In this document: positions 1 through 10,226 of the stretch, piece after piece
How positions within the stretch are numbered: position 1 is the first letter of the stretch
Layout of the letters: the number at the start of each line of letters is the position of its first letter
Source of the DNA: Chitinophaga pinensis
GTDB lineage: Bacteria > Bacteroidota > Bacteroidia > Chitinophagales > Chitinophagaceae
Length of the DNA stretch: 64,000 nucleotides
Reading direction: 5' to 3'
Assembly: GCA_945872815.1 (NCBI GenBank)
Contig: CAMCAY010000002.1
Coordinates: 22,519 to 86,518, forward strand
Made by a program: the position numbers and the translations under genes
Notes under the pieces: generated by a model
The model's database searches: none
The model's input: only the letters and a program-made list of their open reading frames with translations
What the model was told of the DNA's origin: nothing

Positions 1-405
1 ACCAATGGAAGTATAAGGACCAAAGTAAAAAGATCCGTCTGAAATTTTTTTTCTGGATATAAATACTCTCGGAAACCTTTCTTTCTTAATAACTACATAA
101 GGATATCCTTTGTCATCCTTTAAATTGATGTTGTAAACAGGCTGATACTCTTTAATTAAGTTATTCTCCAACAAAAAAGCATCTTCTTCCGAATCAACAA
201 TGGTAAATTCAATTTTTTGGATTCTTTTTACCAGCTCAATTGTTTTTTTGTTATCAACAGACCTGTTAAAATAACTGCTGACTCTTTTCCTCAAATGCTT
301 GGCCTTACCGACATAAATCAAATTGCCGGCATCATCAAAATATTTGTAGATACCAGGCATTGCAGGTATTTCATTGGAAAGATGTGAAAATTCTTCAGCA
401 GTCAT
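1..405 (-). CDS. uvrC: Excinuclease ABC subunit C, N-terminal part (runs off window start)
   Basis: Manual translation from ATG at 405: MTAEEFSHLSNEIPAMPGIYKYFDDAGNLIYVGKAKHLRKRVSSYF...EEDAFLLENNLIKEYQPVYNINLKDDKGYPY, the GIY-YIG domain of UvrC. Absent from the ORF track because it is truncated. Confidence 0.95.
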   Translation of the reverse strand, partial: MTAEEFSHLSNEIPAMPGIYKYFDDAGNLIYVGKAKHLRKRVSSYFNRSVDNKKTIELVKRIQKIEFTIVDSEEDAFLLENNLIKEYQPVYNINLKDDKGYPYVVIKKERFPRVFISRKKISDGSFYFGPYTSIG

Positions 406-411
406 TTTAAA

Positions 412-993
412 TTAATAATCCCATTTGGTCTTAATCTCATTTTCAACATAAATAGTATCACCATCATCAAAAAGATTCAACAACTTACAATTTTTGTATG
501 GAATCCATGTTAATTGGGCCGTTTGCTTTTCATTGATGCGTTTCATTAAATAAATTCGGTCAACTTTTCCTGTTTCAGGATTGATGTACACATTCCATCC
601 CATCCACACCTGTTTGTTGTAATCTGATTGCTTTGCTTCGTAGGTCAAAGTAATTTCATTCAGTGTCTGATCATAAAATCTCTTTGCATTATATAAAGAA
701 GAGAGCTTAACAGAATCGATTTCCGGTAATAAAAAGTCAGCAAAATTTTGATTTAATTCGCTCATATTTAACCATGATGAATCAATCTTATCTCGTTTTA
801 TAAAATACCTCAAAGGGGTAATTCCTTTGTCTTTTATTTCAGCAATTTGGCCTTTTAAAAATTCGGTAACAGGAAAGAAAACTTCATTTTCTTCCGATGA
901 TTGAATTTTAGCTGTTTTATTATTTGGGGTATTGTTGCAAGAACAAATAACCAAAAACAACAGAAAATATAATGATCTAATTATCACAAACAA
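412..993 (-). CDS. Hypothetical lipoprotein
   Basis: 193-aa ORF with a hydrophobic N-terminus and lipobox-like VICSC; no family recognised. Confidence 0.7.
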   Translation of the reverse strand: MFVIIRSLYFLLFLVICSCNNTPNNKTAKIQSSEENEVFFPVTEFLKGQIAEIKDKGITPLRYFIKRDKIDSSWLNMSELNQNFADFLLPEIDSVKLSSLYNAKRFYDQTLNEITLTYEAKQSDYNKQVWMGWNVYINPETGKVDRIYLMKRINEKQTAQLTWIPYKNCKLLNLFDDGDTIYVENEIKTKWDY

Positions 994-1088
994 AATTGTT
1001 TATTTTACAATACAGTTATAGTTCTTTCAATGTAACTGCATCATTTTAAATTGATTCAGTTAAATTCTAAATGAAATGTTTGACAAAT

Positions 1089-2603
1089 TTAAATTAAAAC
1101 AAATCCGGTCATTTCTTCCGGTATTGTTATATTCATTACTTTCAGAATTGTAGGGGCAATATCTCCCAGCTTTCCTTTTTTTAATGTTCCTTTCCAACTA
1201 TTGTCTATTAAAAATAATGGAACAGGATTAGTAGTATGAGCTGTATTGGGAGTACCATTGGCATTTATTTCATAATCGGCATTTCCGTGATCTGCAGTCA
1301 AAAAAACCATATACTCATTTTCCAAAGCGGCGGTTACAACTTTTTCAACAGATTTATCAACTGTTTCCACTGCTTTAATTACTGCATCCCAAACACCCGT
1401 ATGGCCAACCATATCTGCATTTGCAAAATTTAAACAAATAAAATCCTGTTTGGATTTGGTAATCTCATCAATAACTGCATCGGTCACTTCTTTTGCACTC
1501 ATCTCCGGCATCAAATCGTAAGTAGCAACTTTGGGAGAGGGAATCATAATTCTTTTTTCCCCCTCAAATGGATTTTCTCTTCCGCCACTAAAGAAAAAAC
1601 TAACGTGCGGATATTTTTCTGTTTCGGCAATTCTTAATTGCGTTTTACCCTTTGCAGAAATAATTTCCCCCAACGTATTTTTTAAATCATCGTTTTCGAA
1701 AACAACATGAACATCTTGATACTTATGGTCATACTGAGTCATGGTGGTATAATGCAAATTCATTTTTTTTATTTCATATTCCGGCATATCTGTTTGAGTG
1801 AGTACCTCTGTAATTTCACGACACCTGTCAGTTCTGAAATTGATGCATATTACTGCATCACCATTTTCAATTGATGTCTTTTTTAATTTTGAATTGATCA
1901 TTGGCTTAATGAATTCATCCGTTACGCCCGTTTCATAAGAATGCTTGATTCCCTCGATTAAATCATCCGTACTTGTTCCTGTTCCATGCACCATTCCATC
2001 ATAAGCAATCTTCACTCTCTCCCATCTTTTGTCTCTGTCCATAGCATAGTATCTTCCGCAAATGGTAGCAATACTCCCAACTGATTTGTTAAGGTATTCC
2101 TGCAAATCGCTTATAAAATGAATGCCTGACTTCGGATCTGTATCTCTGCCATCTGTAAAAGCATGGATCAGCACATTTGAGAATTGATTCAGCTTGCAAG
2201 TATCCAATATGGCTTTCAAGTGATTAATGTGAGAGTGAACTCCACCATTGCTAACAAGCCCCATCAAATGAAGCGTTTTGTTGTTTTCTTTTGCATAATG
2301 AATTGCATTAAGCAGGGCTGCGTTTTTTTGGAACTCATTTTCTCTAATGGCTACATTGATGCGTTGCAATTCCTGGTATACAATTCTGCCTGCGCCCAAA
2401 TTTAAATGCCCCACTTCACTGTTTCCCATTTGTCCTTGAGGCAACCCAACGGCTTCGCCACAAGTAACCAATGTAGTGTTTGGATATTTTTGATATAATG
2501 AACTTACAAATGGAACTTTTGCGTGCTGAATAGCATCACTTTCTTTTACTGCTCCCAAACCCCATCCATCCATAATTATGAGTATGACCTTTTTATTTTC
2601 CAT
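1089..2603 (-). CDS. gpmI: 2,3-bisphosphoglycerate-independent phosphoglycerate mutase
   Basis: LIIMDGWG, GQMGNSEVGH (catalytic Ser), TDGRDT, GRYYAMDRD, AETEKYPHV, NADMVGHTG, TADHGNA motifs. Confidence 0.97.
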   Translation of the reverse strand: MENKKVILIIMDGWGLGAVKESDAIQHAKVPFVSSLYQKYPNTTLVTCGEAVGLPQGQMGNSEVGHLNLGAGRIVYQELQRINVAIRENEFQKNAALLNAIHYAKENNKTLHLMGLVSNGGVHSHINHLKAILDTCKLNQFSNVLIHAFTDGRDTDPKSGIHFISDLQEYLNKSVGSIATICGRYYAMDRDKRWERVKIAYDGMVHGTGTSTDDLIEGIKHSYETGVTDEFIKPMINSKLKKTSIENGDAVICINFRTDRCREITEVLTQTDMPEYEIKKMNLHYTTMTQYDHKYQDVHVVFENDDLKNTLGEIISAKGKTQLRIAETEKYPHVSFFFSGGRENPFEGEKRIMIPSPKVATYDLMPEMSAKEVTDAVIDEITKSKQDFICLNFANADMVGHTGVWDAVIKAVETVDKSVEKVVTAALENEYMVFLTADHGNADYEINANGTPNTAHTTNPVPLFLIDNSWKGTLKKGKLGDIAPTILKVMNITIPEEMTGFVLI

Positions 2604-2731
2604 ATTGTAAAACTAAATATTTGTGTCGAGAGAATAAAAGAATAATGAAGTATTTAGCAGTTAATTAATCAGAAGATTTTTTTATCGTGAATAAATACCC
2701 GTTTTTAAATTCAATACGTAGATTTGTATAT

Positions 2732-3583
2732 ATGGAAAAAGAACTTCAATTAGAATTTCTTATTAAGAACGCAATTCAGGAAGATGTGGGTGACGGCGAT
2801 CATTCCACTTTGTGTTGTATTGAAAAATCTGCTAAGGGAAAAGCCGTACTTAAAGTAAAGGAAAATGGCATCATTGCTGGCGTTGAGGTTGCAGAAAAAA
2901 TTTTCAAACAATTGGATCCTTCCATTACATTTTTACCATTTTTATTGGATGGGCAAACTATTTCTATTGGGGACAATGCTTTTGAAGTGCACGCTCCCAT
3001 TCATACAATACTTAAAGCTGAAAGACTGGTACTAAATTGCATGCAAAGAATGAGTGGAATTGCAACCTTAACAAAAAAATATATTGAGAAGCTTGCAGGC
3101 TATAAAACCCAATTATTAGATACGCGTAAGACTACTCCCAATTTCAGACTGCTTGAAAAAATGGCAGTGAAAATTGGTGGTGGACAAAATCATAGATATG
3201 GGCTATACGATATGATAATGCTAAAAGATAATCATATCGATTATTGCGGTTCTATTGAAAAAGCCATCAACTTAGCTTATGAATATGTTCAAACCGTAAA
3301 GCCCGGCATGAAAATAGAAGTGGAAACAAGAAGTATAGAAGATGTAATGAAAGTTGTTTCAACAGGCAAAATTGATCGAATCATGCTCGACAATTTCAAT
3401 GTTTCAGATATTATTACTGCATTATCAATTATTGATGGGAAATTTGAAACAGAAGCTAGTGGGGGAATTAATTTTGATAATCTGGAAGATTATGCCGCTA
3501 CAGGAGTTGACTTCATATCTAGTGGTGCCATTATTCATCATGCAACAGGTATTGATTTAAGTTTAAAAGCCATCACCGTTTAA
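2732..3583 (+). CDS. nadC: Nicotinate-nucleotide diphosphorylase (quinolinate phosphoribosyltransferase)
   Basis: EDVGDGDHST, AERLVLNCMQRMSGIAT, LLDTRKTTP, HRYGL, MLKDNH, EVE, MLDNF, EASGGI. ATG 2732 preferred over the track start at 2687. Confidence 0.96.
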   Translation: MEKELQLEFLIKNAIQEDVGDGDHSTLCCIEKSAKGKAVLKVKENGIIAGVEVAEKIFKQLDPSITFLPFLLDGQTISIGDNAFEVHAPIHTILKAERLVLNCMQRMSGIATLTKKYIEKLAGYKTQLLDTRKTTPNFRLLEKMAVKIGGGQNHRYGLYDMIMLKDNHIDYCGSIEKAINLAYEYVQTVKPGMKIEVETRSIEDVMKVVSTGKIDRIMLDNFNVSDIITALSIIDGKFETEASGGINFDNLEDYAATGVDFISSGAIIHHATGIDLSLKAITV

Positions 3584-3594
3584 ATTTCTTAACC

Positions 3595-3930
3595 GTGAAA
3601 AACAAAAAGAACAGCTCAGGTATTATTTATTCTACCAACCCTGATTTTAAAATAGAAGAAGAAGAACAGAATGATATTGTTACACTTCTTCCAAGTGAAC
3701 AGAAATTAAAAATAAGACTCGAAACCAAACACAGAGCCGGAAAAACGGTCACTATGATTGAAGGGTTTATTGGAAAAGAAGCCGACAGGGAAGAGCTTGT
3801 TAAAAAACTGAAGAATTTCTGTGGCACAGGCGGTTCAGCAAAAGACAACGAAATGCTTGTTCAGGGAGATCAAAGGGAAAAAGTGATACAATGGTTATTA
3901 AAAAATGGGTACGCTCAAGTAAAAAAATGA
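3595..3930 (+). CDS. yciH: SUI1/YciH-family translation initiation factor
   Basis: LKIRLETKHRAGKTVT, LKNFCGTGGSAKD, VQGDQREKV; GTG start. Confidence 0.9.
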   Translation: MKNKKNSSGIIYSTNPDFKIEEEEQNDIVTLLPSEQKLKIRLETKHRAGKTVTMIEGFIGKEADREELVKKLKNFCGTGGSAKDNEMLVQGDQREKVIQWLLKNGYAQVKK

Positions 3931-3970
3931 GTTGCGCCTTTCAATAATTTCAACTAATCAATAAAAATCA

Positions 3971-4357
3971 ATGAGTTCCACCATTTCACAGGGCATCAAT
4001 ATAGCAGTAGAGACATTCTATCAATCTGAATACAGCAATCCAGCTAATAATGAATATCTGTTTGCATATAAAATAATCATTACCAACAACAACAGCTTCG
4101 CCGTAAAATTATTGAGAAGACATTGGTTTATTTTAGACAGCAATGGATCTTCCAAAGAAGTGGAGGGAGAAGGCGTTGTTGGCAATCAGCCTTTGATTTT
4201 TCCAACCGAGTCGTATCAATATATCAGTAGTTGTATTTTAAAGAGTGAAATCGGTAAAATGCATGGAAATTACTTAATGGAAAATGCTCAAAATAAAACG
4301 ACTTTTAAAGCTATCATTCCTGAATTCATGTTAGAGGTTCCTTCAAAATTGAACTAA
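3971..4357 (+). CDS. apaG: ApaG (Co2+/Mg2+ efflux-associated, DUF525)
   Basis: YLFAYKIII, LLRRHWFI, EVEGEGVVGNQPLI, YQYISSC, GKMHGNY. Confidence 0.93.
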   Translation: MSSTISQGINIAVETFYQSEYSNPANNEYLFAYKIIITNNNSFAVKLLRRHWFILDSNGSSKEVEGEGVVGNQPLIFPTESYQYISSCILKSEIGKMHGNYLMENAQNKTTFKAIIPEFMLEVPSKLN

Positions 4358-4471
4358 TTCAACATTTTTTTGCACATTTTATATTGCTTGTTAAAAATTA
4401 TCTACATTTTTTACAATATTGCGTTTTCTTAAATTAGATTGTCTAACTTGTACCATACATTAATTGAATCT

Positions 4472-5581
4472 ATGTCCAAATTAACCTTCAACAACAACGA
4501 TAATCGATTTTTTCAAAGTTTAAAATCGGAAGTTGATGATTATTTCAAATCAAATAATTTTAAAAAAACCGGCGACTACAGACTTTATTTGAAGTCTGTT
4601 ATTTTAATTGGATCTGCAATTGCAATCTATAGCAGTTTAATGACCCTACAGTTGGATAATTTGATTGCATTGGTCTTAACTGCGCTCTTCGGATTTCTTT
4701 CTGCATGTATTGGATTTAGTGTTATGCATGATGCAAATCACGGCAGCTACAGTACCAGTAACAAATTCAATGACTTTATTGGATTGATAGGATCAAATGG
4801 GTTGGGAGCAAATGCGTTTTTTTGGAAACAAAAACACAATATCATTCATCACACATACACCAATGTGGATGGCATAGATGACGACATTGCCAAAAGTCCA
4901 ATTATAAGACAATGTGAGACTCAGAAATGGGTTCCTGCGCACAAAATACAACACTTATACATTCCCTTTGTATATTCACTCTCTTCTATTTTTTGGATTT
5001 TTTTCATGGATTTTTCAAAATATTTTACCGGTAAAATATATACCACCGAAGCTTGGAAGATGAGCTTTAAAAATCACTTGGTTTTTTGGATTACAAAGTT
5101 ATATTACTTCCTTTTTTTCATAATTGTTCCAATAATAATCTGGGGTTTTGCAGGATGGGCATTGGGCTTTTTAGTGTATAATATTTTTATGGGTTTAACA
5201 CTTTCATTTGTTTTTCAATTGGCTCATGTGGTTGAAAACACAGAGTTTGAGCACGTTCCATTAGATACAACCAAACATATTGAAACAGCCTGGGCTGAAC
5301 ATCAAATAAAAACCACTTCTAATTTTTCAATGAACAATAAAATAATTTCTTGGTTTGTTGGTGGACTGAACTTTCAAATCGAACACCATCTCTTCCCAAA
5401 AATTAGCCATGTTCACTACCCTGCTATTAGTAAAATTGTTCAAAAAAAATGTCAGGAATTTAGTTTACCCTACAACTATTATCCAACCATCGGAAAAGCA
5501 TTGGCCTCTCATTTTAGAACCATGAAAGCATTGGGAAAAAAACCGGTTATGTCGGCTGAGGGAAAAGTTCAATTTGCCTAA
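4472..5581 (+). CDS. Membrane acyl-CoA/fatty acid desaturase
   Basis: Three His boxes HDANH, HNIIHH and QIEHH plus transmembrane segments. ATG 4472 preferred; the track start is TTG 4439. Confidence 0.9.
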   Translation: MSKLTFNNNDNRFFQSLKSEVDDYFKSNNFKKTGDYRLYLKSVILIGSAIAIYSSLMTLQLDNLIALVLTALFGFLSACIGFSVMHDANHGSYSTSNKFNDFIGLIGSNGLGANAFFWKQKHNIIHHTYTNVDGIDDDIAKSPIIRQCETQKWVPAHKIQHLYIPFVYSLSSIFWIFFMDFSKYFTGKIYTTEAWKMSFKNHLVFWITKLYYFLFFIIVPIIIWGFAGWALGFLVYNIFMGLTLSFVFQLAHVVENTEFEHVPLDTTKHIETAWAEHQIKTTSNFSMNNKIISWFVGGLNFQIEHHLFPKISHVHYPAISKIVQKKCQEFSLPYNYYPTIGKALASHFRTMKALGKKPVMSAEGKVQFA

Positions 5582-6592
5582 TCAAGGCTTATACTTCGCT
5601 GCTTCAAATAACGATTCAGCATCCATATTCATCAAATCCAGCAGTTTTGTATCACTCTTCTTTTTCATGAATTTTTTTACAATCTGCCATCCAACAAAAG
5701 CACCAATATTTCCGGGAGCATTTTCACCTAGTTCTTGTGTTTTGGGGCTTTCTCCAATATAATTTTTGATAAGGTTTTTATCTATTGTTTGCAATAAGTC
5801 ATTTTGAATAAACAAACTCCAAATCTCTGCTTCGTGTTTGTAGCAATCTTTTAATTGATTTTCAGAATAACCGATTATTTCGGATGGGTCTGCGTCTGGT
5901 ATAAGCTTTTCAAGAATATACAATCTCTTTCCCTGTTCAATCATCTGAATGTGAAGAGCAGATTCCGATTTTACATCAGGATTCATATCAGACAAAACAT
6001 TTTTCATACAGTTGATGACTATATGTTCAGGAGTAAATTGAAAAATAAGATAGCTAGGATAAGTTTCTAGCAGCCTTGTATCATTGTAAAATGATGAGTT
6101 TCTACCCAAATGATGCTGAAGTCCTATTACAAAAGCATCATCTGTAATGATATCACCATAACCATCCAATGGTCCAATATAGGTTATGACTTTTGAAGGT
6201 GCTTTGTATGTAGGAAAATAGAACTTAAGATATTGAAGAGATTGTTTAATTTGATTTTCAGTCTTACTAAAATCTCCAAATATTTTTTCAACAGAATCAT
6301 ATATTTTTCGATAAGAGGAAATATAGTTTTTTATATACTGTTCGCAGGTGTCTTTTCCCCAAGTGGGATCTATATTAAGAATTGTATTTAAAAAGTTGGA
6401 TGAAAATGTAGGATAACGGGAATTCAACAGATGAATTGATTTTTCTATTTGAACGGTATCCATTGAAAAAAAATCTTTTTCAAAACGCTGTGTACTTATA
6501 TTGATTTTTATATCAGAAACATCCGGCATACTATTAAAATCGGTGCAAGAAAATATAAGAGATGACAGAATAAAACTTATTATTAAACGCAT
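5582..6592 (-). CDS. gldB: Gliding motility lipoprotein GldB
   Basis: Lipobox LIFSC, PDVSDIKI..RFEKDFF N-terminus, C-terminal APGNIGAFVGWQIVKKFM as in GldB homologues. Confidence 0.8.
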   Translation of the reverse strand: MRLIISFILSSLIFSCTDFNSMPDVSDIKINISTQRFEKDFFSMDTVQIEKSIHLLNSRYPTFSSNFLNTILNIDPTWGKDTCEQYIKNYISSYRKIYDSVEKIFGDFSKTENQIKQSLQYLKFYFPTYKAPSKVITYIGPLDGYGDIITDDAFVIGLQHHLGRNSSFYNDTRLLETYPSYLIFQFTPEHIVINCMKNVLSDMNPDVKSESALHIQMIEQGKRLYILEKLIPDADPSEIIGYSENQLKDCYKHEAEIWSLFIQNDLLQTIDKNLIKNYIGESPKTQELGENAPGNIGAFVGWQIVKKFMKKKSDTKLLDLMNMDAESLFEAAKYKP

Positions 6593-6725
6593 ACAATTTA
6601 TTTACCTTTACAATTAATTTAGAAATTAAAAAGCGAGTAAAGATAAATCAAAGTAACTTATACCTGTATGATTTGATTAATGCTTGTTTGCTGGTAATTG
6701 ATACTTTACATTATATTAACACCAA

Positions 6726-8408
6726 ATGAAAATTTTTTTAGCACAACAAAATTATCACATTGGCAATATTGAAGGCAATACCCGTAAAATAATTGATGCC
6801 ATCCATCTTGCTAAAAATCAACAAGCCGATTTAGTGGTATTCAGTGAATTATGTATTTGCGGATATCCACCGAAAGACTTCCTTTATTTTGAGCAATTCA
6901 TTCAAGAATGCAATCAATCAATTGAAAAAATAACTTCAGAAACTGAAAACATAGCCATATTAATTGGAGCACCTCAACAAAATAATGTAGGCTTTGGAAA
7001 AAAACTGTTCAACTCTGCCTATTTTATAGAGAACAAATCCATTCGACAAATTGTTCAGAAAACATGCCTTCCTTCGTACGATATTTTCGATGAGGACAGG
7101 TATTTTGAAGCTGCGAAAGAATGGAAAATCATCACTTTCAAAGGAAAAAAGATCGCCGTTACTATTTGCGAAGATATCTGGAATATCAACAATGACAAGA
7201 TGTATGAAACATCTCCAATGGATGTTTTGTCGGAACATCAACCTGATGTAATGATAAATTTATCTGCTTCACCGTTCGATTATACTCACGAGGCAGACCG
7301 TCTTTCCATTGCAAAAGCCAATGTATTGAAATATAAGATCCCCCTTTTATATTGCAATACTGTAGGGAGTCAAACAGAAATTGTATTTGACGGCAATTCA
7401 CTTGTACTGGATAATAAAGCCAATCTAGTTGGAAGATTGATTTCTTTTCAAGAAGATTACAACTCTTACATTTTAAATGAGGATGGAAGTATTGAAAACG
7501 CGATAGATAAAAAAAATATTCCTTTAGCAGATAGTAATTATCACAAAGACTTACTGGATCCATCTTACAATATAGAATCTGTTTACAAGGCAATTATACT
7601 CGGCATAAGAGATTATTTTTCTAAAATGGGATTTAGTAAAGCCATCGTTGGTAACAGCGGCGGCATTGACAGTGCCTTAACAATAGCATTAGCAACAGAG
7701 GCGTTAGGAAAGGATAATGTGTTGACAGTTTTAATGCCTTCTCCTTATTCATCCGAACACTCCGTTAGTGATGCAATTCAATTGTGTAATAACCTTCAAA
7801 CATTATATGAAATTGTTCCGATTGAAAAAGCATACAATACTATTTTACATGAACTTCAACCCGTTTTCAATAATAAACCATTCAATATTGCTGAGGAAAA
7901 TATACAAAGCAGAATAAGAGGAAATATACTCATGGGTATTGCCAATAAATTCGGTTATATTCTATTAAACACTTCCAACAAAAGTGAGCTTGCCACAGGG
8001 TATGGAACCCTATACGGAGATATGGCAGGCGGATTAAGTGTATTAGGAGATTGCTATAAATTGCAAGTATACGCATTGGCTAAATACATGAACCGTAATG
8101 TTGAAATTATTCCAGCAAATATTATTTCAAAAGAACCAAGTGCAGAATTAAGACCGAATCAAAAAGACAGTGACAGCCTTCCTGATTATCAACTACTTGA
8201 TAATATATTATTTCAGTACATAGATAGAATGAAAGGGCCTGAAGAAATCAAAAAAATGGGCTATCAAAAAGATTTAGTAGAAAAGATCTTACAACTAGTA
8301 AATACCAATGAATACAAGAGAAATCAATTTTGTCCTATAATTAGAATTTCATCAAAATCATTTGGGTCAGGAAGAAGGATGCCTATTGTTGGAAAATATT
8401 TTTCATAA
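6726..8408 (+). CDS. nadE: Glutamine-dependent NAD+ synthetase
   Basis: Nitrilase-fold N-terminus (FSEL, KTCLPSYDIFDEDRYF, TICEDIW) fused to NAD synthase domain (GNSGGIDSA, ENIQSRIRG, NKSELATGYGTLYGD, PSAELRPNQKDSDSLP). Confidence 0.96.
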   Translation: MKIFLAQQNYHIGNIEGNTRKIIDAIHLAKNQQADLVVFSELCICGYPPKDFLYFEQFIQECNQSIEKITSETENIAILIGAPQQNNVGFGKKLFNSAYFIENKSIRQIVQKTCLPSYDIFDEDRYFEAAKEWKIITFKGKKIAVTICEDIWNINNDKMYETSPMDVLSEHQPDVMINLSASPFDYTHEADRLSIAKANVLKYKIPLLYCNTVGSQTEIVFDGNSLVLDNKANLVGRLISFQEDYNSYILNEDGSIENAIDKKNIPLADSNYHKDLLDPSYNIESVYKAIILGIRDYFSKMGFSKAIVGNSGGIDSALTIALATEALGKDNVLTVLMPSPYSSEHSVSDAIQLCNNLQTLYEIVPIEKAYNTILHELQPVFNNKPFNIAEENIQSRIRGNILMGIANKFGYILLNTSNKSELATGYGTLYGDMAGGLSVLGDCYKLQVYALAKYMNRNVEIIPANIISKEPSAELRPNQKDSDSLPDYQLLDNILFQYIDRMKGPEEIKKMGYQKDLVEKILQLVNTNEYKRNQFCPIIRISSKSFGSGRRMPIVGKYFS

Positions 8409-8421
8409 CCCATTTTAAATT

Positions 8422-9345
8422 ATGCAGGCAATCGTATATAAATCAACTGGAAGCAGGTATATCGTTAAAAATAAATCGGGAGATACTTTTAATGTCAGAA
8501 TAAAAGGAAAATTTAAAATTGACAATATCACTTCCACCAATCCGATTGCAGTGGGCGACATTGTTGAAATTGAAAATGAAGACGATATTGAAAGTGCCAT
8601 TATTACTGAAATATATGAGAGAAAGAACTATATCAACCGGGTATCACCCCACAATAAAAATCAGCATCATATAGTTGCTGCTAATCTTGATCAATCTTTA
8701 TTATTCGCAACATTAAAGGAACCTAAAACATCTTTAGGTTTTATAGATCGTTTTTTAGTTATTTCAGAAGCTTATCAAGTTCCTGCGATTATAGTTTTCA
8801 ATAAAATTGATTTATGGGGTGATAAGGAAAAAAAGAAAATAGAGCATATCAGGAATTTGTATGAGTCAATAGGTTATAAAATTGTATTAATAAGCTTGAA
8901 GGATAATGAAGGAACAGATGATTTGAAAAAATTATTAAAAGATAAAACAACCTTACTAAGTGGACATTCAGGCGTAGGGAAATCAACTTTTATTAATCGG
9001 ATTTTTCCTGAGTTACATTTAAAAACGCAGGATGTAAGCGGCTGGAGCGGCAAAGGAATGCATACAACTACTTTTGCTGAGATGTTTGACTTACCTGTTG
9101 GCGGTAAAATTATTGACACTCCCGGAATACGAGAAATGGGTTTGGTAGACATTAATAAGCATGAACTGGCCCATTATTTTCCTGAAATGAAAACGATGAT
9201 GGTCAATTGCCAATTTAATAATTGTATGCACATCAACGAACCTGATTGTGCAATCAAAAAAGGGGTAAATGATTTTACGATAGATACTGATCGTTATGTC
9301 AGCTATCTAAATATACTTGATTCAATCAACGACAAAAATTATTGA
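8422..9345 (+). CDS. rsgA: Ribosome small subunit-dependent GTPase A
   Basis: AVGDIV OB fold, NKID, GHSGVGKST, GMHTTT, DTPGIRE, and C-terminal CQFNNCMHINEPDC zinc site. Confidence 0.96.
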   Translation: MQAIVYKSTGSRYIVKNKSGDTFNVRIKGKFKIDNITSTNPIAVGDIVEIENEDDIESAIITEIYERKNYINRVSPHNKNQHHIVAANLDQSLLFATLKEPKTSLGFIDRFLVISEAYQVPAIIVFNKIDLWGDKEKKKIEHIRNLYESIGYKIVLISLKDNEGTDDLKKLLKDKTTLLSGHSGVGKSTFINRIFPELHLKTQDVSGWSGKGMHTTTFAEMFDLPVGGKIIDTPGIREMGLVDINKHELAHYFPEMKTMMVNCQFNNCMHINEPDCAIKKGVNDFTIDTDRYVSYLNILDSINDKNY

Positions 9346-9356
9346 TTGTTATTCAA

Positions 9357-9554
9357 TCAATGTTTTCTGTAGGGCATATCTCCCTTGAATTTCGATTTTC
9401 TGGCAGCCCTTAATACTTTTCGATCATTGGACATCAATCGCTCTGCTCCAATGGCAGCGCCACTCATAGGACAACCCGTCTTTTGAGATCCTTTAAAAAC
9501 GCCGCAACCAAACAAGGTTATTAAAGACAATACCATAAAGAAATATTTCTTCAT
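9357..9554 (-). CDS. Small hypothetical lipoprotein
   Basis: 65 aa, signal peptide with lipobox LFGC and basic C-terminus; fills the gap between rsgA and the gamma-CA gene. Confidence 0.65.
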   Translation of the reverse strand: MKKYFFMVLSLITLFGCGVFKGSQKTGCPMSGAAIGAERLMSNDRKVLRAARKSKFKGDMPYRKH

Positions 9555-9579
9555 CTGAAATAAATTTAAACCACTAAAG

Positions 9580-10101
9580 TTATTTTAAGTCCTTGAACCA
9601 ATCACTGTATTTCACATAGTTTTCGGCTATTCTGTTGATCTCACCACTGATTAATTCCTGATTGATATCTTTTACCTTTTTTGCAGGTACTCCGGCATAA
9701 ATACTTCCGGATTCGATAATTGTATTTTCAAGCACCACTGCACCAGCTGCAACAATACTATTGCTTCCAATCTCAACATTATCCATTACAATAGCCCCCA
9801 TTCCAATCAGGACATTTTCTGCAATTTTACATCCATGTACAATCGCATTATGTCCAATACTGACATTATCCTTAATGATGGTCGATGTTTTTTGATACGT
9901 ACAATGAATGACTGCCCCATCCTGAACATTAACTTTATTTCCCAAAGAAATGCTGTTTACATCTCCTCTGATAACAGCATTAAACCATACACTGCATTGA
10001 TTACCCATTGTAACATCCCCCACAATAGTGGCATTCGGAGCTATAAAACAATTTTCTCCTATTTGTGGCTCCATTCCATTTACAGGAAATATGATTGGCA
10101 T
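9580..10101 (-). CDS. Gamma-carbonic-anhydrase family hexapeptide-repeat protein (YrdA/CaiE-like)
   Basis: FIAPNATIVGDV, SVWFNAVIRGDVN, NVQDGAVIH, IGHNAIVHGC, YAGVPAK. Start at MPIIFP (10101) removes the overlap with the divergent gene. Confidence 0.92.
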   Translation of the reverse strand: MPIIFPVNGMEPQIGENCFIAPNATIVGDVTMGNQCSVWFNAVIRGDVNSISLGNKVNVQDGAVIHCTYQKTSTIIKDNVSIGHNAIVHGCKIAENVLIGMGAIVMDNVEIGSNSIVAAGAVVLENTIIESGSIYAGVPAKKVKDINQELISGEINRIAENYVKYSDWFKDLK

Positions 10102-10226
10102 ATTTTTTAATTGGAAGTGATTAAGATTGAAATCTGCATTTATTATAAATTCAAAATAATAACTTGCGTAAAAATACAACAATACTTGCTATCTCTGATA
10201 AGCAGTTATTTGAAAACAGCAACAAA

